Positions 1 through 11,200 of a stretch of DNA of 64,000 nucleotides are shown one piece after another. This DNA comes from Bispira polyomma (lineage: Eukaryota): the NCBI GenBank assembly GCA_965649765.1, contig OZ287750.1, positions 27,714,001-27,778,000 of the forward strand, written 5' to 3'. The translations under genes were made by a program, and so were the position numbers. The first letter of the stretch is position 1. The number at the start of each line of letters is the position of its first letter. The notes under the pieces are model-generated. The model searched no databases. It was given only the letters and a program-made list of their open reading frames with translations, and was not told the origin of the DNA.

Positions 1-335
1 TTAATTAACTCGAGTTTCAATGGTGTAAAAGGTGATGTTTTTTTTAACTAAAGATGATTTTTTTTTTTTTAAAAGAGAGGAGTTATAATTACATATTTTG
101 TGGCGTGTTTAGGATGTTACAACATATGTATAATATAAGATGGAGACCTTAAAACGTTAAAAGAGACAGTTACTTAAACTAGGAAACAAGGGTTATTAAT
201 GAATATGTATATAATCTTGGTTGATTGGGTTTTTACCTTAGCATTAAGTCAATGTGTACAACATTAATGAGCATTCCTATTTAGTGTACAGATATGTACA
301 TAATCAAAACAGTGTGGAAATAACATTTTATTCTG

Positions 336-467
336 NNNNNNNNNNNNNNNNNNNNNNNNNNNNNNNNNNNNNNNNNNNNNNNNNNNNNNNNNNNNNNNNN
401 NNNNNNNNNNNNNNNNNNNNNNNNNNNNNNNNNNNNNNNNNNNNNNNNNNNNNNNNNNNNNNNNNNN
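336..467. other. Assembly gap (N run)
   Basis: 132 consecutive N. Confidence 0.99.
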
Positions 468-3400
468 AGAAAATGAGTGTGTATTCATATCAGCATATCA
501 TACATCTTGCATCTTTGGATTTCCTCCCACTAAAATTGATGATCCTTTGAAGCTCTAGCTATCATTCTAATAATGTGTAGAGAGAAAGGACAGACATAAA
601 TAAAGGTGCAGGGGTGTTCACTTGAAAGAAAGGATTAAATTAGTACCTGCAACCCAAAAAAAAGAAAGAAGTGTACATGATTAATAATGTGGGAAGGGGG
701 GATTTGACTGAAACAGAAAAAAAATGTGGTGACTTGTTAAAATCAAGGTATTGTATTTCTGTTAGATTTTAAATCATTTTCTTGAAAGACATTGTACACA
801 AAAGAGGAGATAGGGAAACCTGTCAGAGAAAGTAAAGAGAGTTTAGCCAAACTGTTCTAGAACAGGGATAAAGTAACAAGGGGAAAAAACTAGACCTCCA
901 TCACTTATGTAATGAATTATCCTTGACAGTGTTTGTTTTTTTTTATTTGTGGTGAAAGAAGAAAAATACACAGTGTGTCTGAACTTAAGTTAATTACTTT
1001 TAAGTATTTTTTTATAAACTTTAAATATAATCATATATATTATGCATTTGAATAATATATGTGTGTGGTGTATTATCATATAGAGATGAAAGTCATTTAG
1101 GGAGTGTTAAGTATAAAAAGGTAACACAATTTATCTGATAATTATCATCTAAAGAGGGTTTGTGTCATTTGTAAGATTAGATATTGACACAAGAGTTTTA
1201 TATTTCTGTCAAATATGTGACACAATGTGTACATTTTCTATATATACATATATATTTCGTACTAAACGATAGGATGCATATATTTACTACATTGATTTCT
1301 ATCTACAATGGTTTTTATTTTAGTTTTTATAAGTTTTTGCCAAAAGCGCAGATATATATGTATATAGGTATATGTTTGTATATGTTTTATTAAGGATTTT
1401 ATAATATTAAAAAAAGACAGGGTTTAACTCAATAAAATAGTCACCAACAACAATAGTGTGAAATGAACATATGCAAACATGATTGACAGGACGGGGGCCA
1501 GTGGTAATGGAGGGCAGAGGGTTTTAATCCTTATAACAAATTTTAAATTCACTCTAAAGTTTTGACACTGCATAAAGGTGTCCACAGAAAGAGAATGTGT
1601 CTACACATACACACACATACACCCCCAGGCAGGAGGGACCCTCACCATACTAAAATAGTCCCCCCCCCCCCCCTCCATTTATTCTGCCTAACTGGCTCCA
1701 TGCTATTTAACTGCAATTTACATTAGGTTATCTTAATAGAGATTTTGTTAAATGAACCCTCTAGCTCTTGTATGTGTATTTTGGGTTCAGGACTTTTTCA
1801 TATATATCTTTTGGGGGGTAAATAAGTGTGAATATATTACAAAAAAACACACTATCGAAGTTACAAAAAATACCACCACCCCGTAAAACAAAGTGTGCAA
1901 AACTTTTGCATTTAGTATGAACCTTAGCTATAGTAAAACAATATGGCGGCCGTTTGCCGCCTTTTTTGTTTAAAATGTCGTCTGCGCATGCTTTCGTTGG
2001 ATTTGTGAGCGAGATTTTTCTTTCTTTCTTTTTCTCTCCTTTTGTAAAATGATAATCGAGTGTTTTTGAGCTGATGTTTGACCAAAACATCTCAACTGTA
2101 ATCTAAAGCACAGTCAGGCGTGTGGGTTATGTCAAACATTGATTACTTGAGTCTTTTGTGTGCTACAAAGGAAAACTTCCCCCAATACTTGCTCAGTCTT
2201 CATTTAGTATTATTGCTTTTTATCCAAGTACACAAATATTTGATTTTGTTACTACTTTGACAAAGAAGTAAAAGAAAAGGTCTGGAAAATGCACATACAT
2301 GTTATTTTCGGTTGTTGGACTTCCAGATATAATGTAGGTTCCAAACTAAAGACTGTGGAGACAATGTTTGTTGTAATTTAATGCAACCTTTAATTAAATA
2401 TGTATTAAAATTTTTGTATTAAACCATCTTATTTCTTTTGCAAAGTTTTTACACAAACAAACCTTGTGATCAACTTAATTCACAAACTAAACCATGTTAT
2501 TCATATTAATTTGAATATTTCAGTTTGTAACCAATTTGAAATTTAAATATTCCAATTCCAGAAATATTCAGCAGATAATTATTATTGATTATATCAATAA
2601 ACTTTCCTATTTTTCGGATATATCACTGCAAGTTACTTTTATACTTTTAACTCAGGAGAACACATTCAGTGTTTAGATTGCAGTTCTTAACGAGGCCATT
2701 ATGACTTATAATAACACCCCCCCCCCCCTTATTATCCACACACGTGTATCTTATGAATCATGTATACATTATACCCTATAATCACATCTCCAGTGATCAG
2801 TGAGAGTTATTATGTGTTTGCACATTTCTGTTTTTATACACCTGACTAATCGTCTGGAGAGATAACTGATGGGGGAATTATGACAGGGAGTGTGTGTATA
2901 TGATGTGTTAATAATAAAGGAATGATTTGTTTTTGAGGAGAGGTAGGGGGGGGGGGCAGAGATAGCCTACACAAGTTCTCCACAAATTGGTCTCGGCCCT
3001 CTGATCATAGAATATCTATAACCGCCATAACACACAACTCAATTGCCAGAACGTGTTGGCTCGGCCAAGCAAGGAATATATGGACAACACACATAAGTTA
3101 TACAATATGTGGGATGGGTAGGGGGAGGAGGAATGAGGTCCCTGGATTGAGGGTTTTAGGGAGGTGGGTATTTTAGTTATACTTGGCAAGAGACAGTTGA
3201 TTCAATGTATAAATAGCATGGAGCCGTGTAGATAATCTATGGGGATATTTTAGGTGGGTTTTATATTTATATGTATATAACTGTATATGTACTCTTAGCT
3301 GTGCCCTGAGGGGTTAATACATTTAGATGTTACACTACACCTACGTGTTTTGTATGATATATTTGTAAATATAATGTAAAACTGTAGACACAGCAGATTT

Positions 3401-4129
3401 ATTAGTGCAGTTTTTATGTATATTGTGTTATATTTTAAAAGTAAAAAGACAGTATTCTGCCATAGAATAAATGAAGAATGGATAGGTCAAAACAAATTCT
3501 GCTAGACTACTAAATCTGGATTAGGTTTTTGACATTTGCATCATTTTAACAGGTCCCAGACCATCCTGTTTAAAAAGAAACTCATGTTGTTTAGCCTTTC
3601 AACTTTATACCTGACAAAGGTGACGTAAGCAAATTACTTTCCATGTACAGTACTGTAAAGCATTGTAGTGCACGTATTTATCACAGCCAACAATTTAAAT
3701 GGTCCCAATTTGAATTTTGTAAAAGAATGAAAATTGCCATGGAAAAGAAAAAGTTGGTTTAATAGGATCACTTACTGTCTGTGGTGTTGAATATTAATTG
3801 CCCATAAATAGAGCAATAAATCCACTGCTCATCTTCATATCAACAGACAAACACTTCCAAGTGTGTACTGTTACCTAATATACCTTTCTACATAAAGGGA
3901 AATCAGTGTACAAACCAGAAAAAGCCATAGCTTTTTTTTAAAGATAAAAAAAAACTTCATTTTGAAATTAAAGGGTGTAACATTATCAAATAAACACCGT
4001 CTTCTTGTTTGAACCTCTGGTTTGGAGAGCATGTGTTTTTATATAGAGAGTTAAAAGGGTTTCAACCAGTAGCATTCTGGTTTCTAATCTTAACCTGAAA
4101 CTGAAGTCAAATGTCATGAAATCCAAAGC

Positions 4130-4938
4130 TACCAATAAGATGTGCAGCTCTTTGTTGTTAAAGCAATTCTATCCCCTGATTCCTGTCAACTGATCAAAAA
4201 GTACAAACACACACATAAGCAAAGATTGAAACCAAAAACTTTTAGAAAACACTTCACTAAAGAAGATTATGTTTCTCTCCAATTTGCACACAAAGCTAAA
4301 AAAAATGGCAGCAATAAAGGGGCGGTGATTAAAAGTAGTCCTCTCTTCTTTACACTTGGCTATTTCATTTATGCACCAATCGTTGAAAAGTTTACAAAAG
4401 TAGGCCAAACCTTCATCCAATGGCCTGAGGCAATGCAACATATGGAAACTGATCCTTTGTATTGAAAGAGTTTACTGTTTTGGAAAAAGGAGAGACGAAG
4501 GGGGGGAAATTTGGCGGAGAAAAGGAAAAAAAAATATTCTGCCTTTTACGACACAGGAGTTTTAGCCTGGGGGGATTTGAAAACAAAAGTACTAGTTCAT
4601 ATGATTTATACTGGAGAAAAGGAGAAAATTGACTTAATCCCATGGAAATACTTCATTATGGAAGAGAGTATCATCATGATTGCTTCTGGGAGTTTAATCT
4701 GAGCAGCGATTGTTATTGTTTCAGTGTTTATTACAGGACTATACTTTCTTTTAGCCGAGACAAGATTTTTCGCGCCACTTGAGGGCAATTCTCGTCTGGC
4801 TTCTTGGTTGTGTTTTAGCCTTAGGGATTGTAGATGCTGAATTGTTGTGTTTCTTCCTCTACCCCCAAAAAGAGAGTTACAAGGGCTTGGCAGTAAGAAA
4901 AGGGGGAGGAGCAAAGTCAGAAGAGATGTTATAAAGGT
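4130..4938 (+). promoter_or_regulatory. AP-2 proximal promoter / 5' UTR region
   Basis: CCAAT boxes (~4132, ~4376, ~4417), GGGCGG near 4320, perfect AP-2 site GCCTGAGGC 4423-4431, E2F-like TTTCGCGC near 4768. Confidence 0.45.
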
Positions 4939-5277
4939 ATGGCTCATATGAGTCCAGCTACTGCTACAGAAAGTGAAAGAAACTCAACAAACCTAATAAT
5001 TGGGACCAACAACACTAGAATCATTAACAATGATATTAATACTACTGCTACCACTGAAAGAGTGACAGTATCTAACCACCGGAAGTCAGGGTTCTCCTCC
5101 TTAGACACGCGCAGGCGCAGACAGACTGACCATCAACACATTGGGAACTCGCCCTCAGGCAATACGACTAATATTAATAACGGCCCAGTTCCGACTCTCA
5201 ACGGATACCGACAGCTCGACCATAATAATAAGGAGTCAAGACTGATGCCTTCGGCGTTTGCCGGGGTTACCAATGAG
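4939..5277 (+). CDS. TFAP2: AP-2 coding exon 1 (113 aa; alternative in-frame ATG at 5245)
   Basis: ATG at 4939, open to GAG|GTTATT (phase 0). Gives an E|DRRD junction like the vertebrate E|DRHD exon1/2 boundary. The donor is weak and the peptide is not recognisably conserved. Confidence 0.7.
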
Positions 5278-8189
5278 GTTATTGTTTATATATATATATA
5301 GATATGTGTTTACTTCTGGCATTTGTTTACTACTGGTGTGTATGTGTGTGATGTGTATGTCAATTTAGCAGGAGCAAAACCATGTAAATGTGTTTTTAAA
5401 TGTTTATATCATAACTTTCATTAATCTGAGTAAAAAAATATTGTATATATTTCTGCCAAAATATTAGTAATAATTCATTGGTCAGAGAAGGTGAGAAAAC
5501 ATTCCTAAAATTGGTAGATTTTTGTTGTAATTAATATTGTTATTATGTAAACAAAACAAATATATAAGGAGGAGATTTGATTATATATACTGGTGTTAAC
5601 TATTTATGTCAAATTAGAACTACATATATTCTATATTTATCATTACATAACACACCCACACACATACATACGTTCAGTCTCCCCTCCCCACCTATCCTGT
5701 TCTATACAAAAACCTAAAAGAGCCTATTTCATTTTGATTTCATAGTCATTAAAATCTGGCCGGAGGGGATCCCTGTCTATATAAGTGTATAGAATGATAT
5801 GGGAAACGAAAAAAAATAGAATTATTTCTTTTTCCATTTTCTGACACAGTAAATAGAGGTCCCTGTTCGTGTCGAGTGGCACACACCAAGCAACGCTGGA
5901 CGAGTGTGGCTAGGGGCAAAACGTTTGTTAGAATATGGCTGTGCCACCAATCATTGGCAGCCTTTCTCTCTGAGCCCCCGGGGTAAGGTAGTACTGGGTT
6001 GGGTTTTGTTTAACTGTTTAAAGACTGGGTGGTGCTTCTATATCAAGGACTTCAGTACTAGATTCAATATCCCTATAATGTTGTGTCTCTCTTGTGTGAG
6101 AGCAGCACATTTGAGAATATATGTAATAATGTGTATATATTTGTAATTTATAAATGTTCATAAGATTTGGTGCCAAGACTATGTGAACTGCAAGGGTGTT
6201 TTTTTAAAACAAAGCTTCTATTTCCTGCTAGTGCTATGCTAGAACAAGGATTATTATGTTTGATATTACATATGCCTTTGTTATATATTTTTAGTAATCA
6301 AGTTATAAATATATTTATAACTATATATAAGATGATAGTTTCGAATTTTGCTGTAAGTGAGGTATGGATATCAAGAAAAGGTTTTAAACATGGATTTGTA
6401 TAATTTTTTATGAAATGATAGAAATGATACAAGGTAAGCTAGCTTGGTATATTGGGTTATTTCTTTTGTAAACTATGAATTCATAATTTGTAATATACTG
6501 ACACACAAATAGGATGCTTCCTAATTCCTATAGATATGTGACAAAAGTGGTGTGGTTTTCCTATAAGACTTTGATCATGACTTAAAAGTTAATAGGCACA
6601 TAAACTAAGTAAGTAATGATGTTTAAAATTCGATGTTCAACACTTTCACACTGTATTTAAAAACCAAAATATGTCATTAGGCATTCCGTCTATTTAAATG
6701 TACTTTTGTGCATTCCAAGCTTTTGTCATTACAAAATGTGAAATTTATGCAAATTTGAGAGTGAGGGGTTATAAATTATATTGCTTGAACAGGTAAATGA
6801 ATGGTGAAGCCTCTGTGGTCTTTTTAAAAATGTACCCTATTAGATATGGGTAGAGGTGAATGGTAAACAAGTTTTAAATGTATACTTAATTTAGTTTTTG
6901 AACAAAAAAAAATTGTACAATAGAAGGGTTTCCTTTTTATTTAAAGTAAAAGTTGCAAGACACATATGTGAAAAATATGAGTAAGTTTTTTGTGTTTTTG
7001 TTTGTTTACATAATACACTGTGCAGTAGGATGCTATTTATATAATACACAGTGGGGAGGGTAGCTATTATTTTAAACATAACACACACTTGGTGTATATA
7101 TATATATATATCTATATAACACAAAGTACAAGCTACACAAACTATTAAGTAAATAATCCTCTGTACAGGGGGACAGACACCCCATATCCCAAATCCTGAT
7201 CCACGTGCTGTAAGTATAACACATATACATACAATGACTTTTGACGGATTGGAGGTGGACTTCAAAGCATAACTGTGGGAACAGGGGGTTGTATTTGTTT
7301 GCCATCCCAAAACCAACAAGCCACCCCTGTAGGAGGAGGTGGGGGGTAGGGGGGTACTTCTCTGTGTTGTGGGAACTGTAGGGGAGAAAGGAGATAACCC
7401 ACTAGTAAGAAGGTCTTCAGGGTCAGCACACAACTGTACTGTAGTGTACAAGTAGAGATAACAGAGCCTGTTTTGATAGTAATCACTATAGTGGTACAGA
7501 AGGAACACAGGTTGATAACACTAAAAAAACACAAATTGAACAGTTCAAAGGAAGGTGTTATGAAATTTTACAACTGTTAAATTATATATAAGGGTCACTG
7601 ATTGACTTACTATGAGAGAGTAAAGATGACTAAACTACTAAATATTTGTAAACATATCTAACATAGTATGTATAGTTACTTTATTATGTGTAGATAATTG
7701 CTTATTAAAAATAGTAACTGAGATTTCCCTTTGTTATCATAGAAGCATTTATAGTTAAGAAATAGAGTACACCATGAAAGCTCCTTGAGCCACCTATATA
7801 AATAAATATAATTAATATAATAATTAATTTATATATATAAGAAACCATTATAATCAATTAAGAAATTTACAATAGTCTTTAAAGCTCATGAAAGGTTTTA
7901 ATAAAGTTTTAATAGAGATTTAAGAGAGGAAAAACTTCCTTTATTGACTAGTATATTTTGTTCACAGACAACACCTCTGCTATTTTCACAAGGTGAACTC
8001 CTTTATATAAAGTATATGTTGTAGGTGTAAAGGTAGAGTAAAAAAGAAGAACAAAAGCCCCTGTTTAGTAAGGTTGTCCCAAGGTTGAAGGCTTCTCTCT
8101 TTAGTTTTGGCTTCTCAATAGTTTAGTTTTAAAGACACATAAATGGATCTCTTGTTTTCATAATATACAAAAAGAGCACTCTTTGATAG

Positions 8190-8235
<46 letters not shown>

Positions 8236-11200
8236 TATATATATATATCTCCCCCTCTCTTGGTTAAAGTGAAATCCTTCTACATAAGATTATGTGGCTA
8301 TTGAAATATTTGCAGTGCATTTAAAGGCGGGTGATAATTATTTCACATGGTGGTTATGTATACATATAGTGGGTGAAGAACATTTAGAATGTATTTTGAA
8401 AGTCAGACTTTGTCAGATTCACACTAAGCTTTATAATATATATATCATATATATATAATCAACGCCATGATGACGTCATAGTGGGAACTATTTCCCCCTT
8501 GCTTATTAAATGTAACTATTGCTTTTCTTTATTAAGTAGATTAAATTATCTCTAGTGACAGTTGTATATAAAATGAATGTTTGAGATGACTTTCTATATA
8601 TGTGTGTATACAGGATGGAAATGGCATCCAATATGTAGTGGTTTACTATTTTAGTTTGAATCTGTGATAAGTGTGATCTGTTTCCCACAATCTCTATATA
8701 AGAAATAGTGTTAATAATAATAACTATCACTTGATATAGCGCAGTTATAAACATCATTGTTATCTAATGCACTTTAACATTATGAATCTTTTTTCTGTCA
8801 TAATGTTTTTGTGTAATTATTTGTTCCTACAATATTTATGAGAAATTGTGTTCATACCCTCTCAAATTCCACAGTTGTAAGAACAAAAAATATGTAAAAT
8901 AAATGTTTCTAATTTGTTTTTCCTTTTCTGTATGTGTTTGTAGGACCGGCGTGACTTGGTGGGTCACCCCGGAGGCCTGGACCAGCTGAGTACTAGTGGT
9001 GCCCCCACATCATTCAGCAACACCCACCGCCTCCGCCATACCCCAACCACCGACTTCCAGCCACCTTACTTTCCACCACCATACACGGTCCCCCAGCAAA
9101 CCGTGGACTTCACCCACCATCACGTCAACCCGGACCCTTACGCTCACCTCAACCACTACAACACCCCACACCACCAGCAGTATGTCAACCACACAGACAG
9201 ACATCACCTTCTGGGGAATGACCCACTCAACTCCATACAGAGGGGATTCCCCAACCCATACGACACTCGGGCACGGGACTACGAAACCGCGGTCAGCAGA
9301 CCCGATCTCTTGATGCCACCCCGTGGGCCACACGACTTACACAACCCCTCCTTATTGGGACTGAGTTCCACCACAGGACTACCAAATATGGAGGCAGAGG
9401 TAAGTGGCTATTTACAGCAGAAGTGTTCTAGTTTCTGCATATATGTCACCAACATCTATCAAGATTATACCGTGTCGATACAAAACAACAAAAAGTGTTA
9501 TTATTTTTTAGTTCATGTAACTCACACAGATAATAATAATAAGGATTTCGTCAATGTAGTGTAAAATAACAAGGGGTAAACTCTATCCAATTGACTATGC
9601 TGTATGTGTACTTTTATTACATGCTGTGCACCAACATAGTTATTGTATTTATGAAAAAAGACAATATCTATCCTGTATCTGGATTTTGATCCATACATAA
9701 AATAAGTGACCACATTCTTTCATCACAAGCTATTATGTGTCATATTCTTAATGGTGCTGATTCCAGTTCAGTGCCTTCTCCTCAATTAAAACTACTAGTT
9801 TCAAAGACACAGAATGGCTATTATTGTCCAACCTTATAACTACTTATTGATCTGCAGTGTGTACTTACAAACACAGGAAGTACTGGTTGTTCAAATATTA
9901 TCCATTATAGTTAGCCTTGCTCAGGTTCAGTTGTCTCATTTAGGCTTAATATAATAAAATGTAACAAATCTTGATGGTAATATGAAACAAAATCAGTTGG
10001 GCAACAAAGTCCAAAAAAATGTGGAACGTATATGATATTTTAAGCATCTAGTATCATCATATATATATATATATTAATACACAGTGACTCTTTTAGTATT
10101 TGCGAGGAGTATTTCCCTGTCCTTAAATCAAGTTACTTTGTGAACAACCAAAGACTGAACAAGGTCAATAATTTACACAGTATCAACCTCAGTCAATCTC
10201 CTACAACACCAACCAATATAACTACACAGCTAAAAGTAAGCCAGAGTGCTCCCCCCCCCTCTCACCCTACCCCCTCACCCTCTGTAATTCCCATAGCCAA
10301 GAACTGCACATAAAAATGAATTAGGATATAAAATCTAGTTTTTGATTTAACTAGAGACAAATAGTTCTGAAGATAAAAATCAAATCTTGTCCTCCTATTC
10401 ATTAGCTGGCTTAACAAAAAATCCATGACCCATCCCCCTCTCTCTTCTTCTCTCACAGATTTTTCTCTCTGTCTCTTTATCACCAACCAACACCCAACCA
10501 AACAGCTTATCAATAATTCAAAACCCCAACTTGTGGGACACCAATTCTCTGCTGCAATCTACTAGCCAATTATTCGATGACAGATAGGAAACGTAGTGTT
10601 CTTATCAATCATTTTTTAATATTTCGCCAGGACCTCCCACTAGTAATGGATCCATTGGATTCTTATCTATGAGGAGGTGATATAGGAGGGAGGGACAACC
10701 AGAGTATATAAGCATGTGGACAGAGGTGTGTAGGAGTTTTTAATACCATTGTTTACATACCATTTTCTTGAAAGAATCTTTACATATCAGATGGTACAGA
10801 CTTGGTGAACGTTTCCATGCAGGCAACTTTCTGAGGCGACCAGCCGACGTATAACAGGCAATTTTTAATTGTTATGTTTCTATACAATATTTGAGAAAAA
10901 TCGATACCTGTATTTAAACCTGAATATCTCAGCCATTTCTCAACCGATTTTGATGCAACAAAAAGCACAATATACCCGATAAAATAAGCTTTCTCACCAT
11001 ATTTTTTATTAAATTTATACCTTCAGTAATTTTTGAGTTATTTACCGAAAAAGTCGCCTAGCATTGCCTGTCGCCTATCGGCGTTGCTCACATGGAAACA
11101 CTTTGTTATAAATCAATGAAACTGATCGAATCGCCGTCGGCCGTCGCCTGATCGCCTCAAAAAGTTGCCTGCATGGAAACGCTCACACCAAGTGTTTCCA

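Noticed and set aside
5775-5990. Possible alternative AP-2 first exon (TATA-like CTATATAAG near 5777, GTAAGG donor at 5983)
   Set aside because: The ATGs found hit stops before the donor and none joins exon 2 in frame; unsupported without transcript data.
6891-7508. 205-aa minus-strand ORF in intron 1
   Set aside because: Low-complexity composition, no domain, no splice or homology support.
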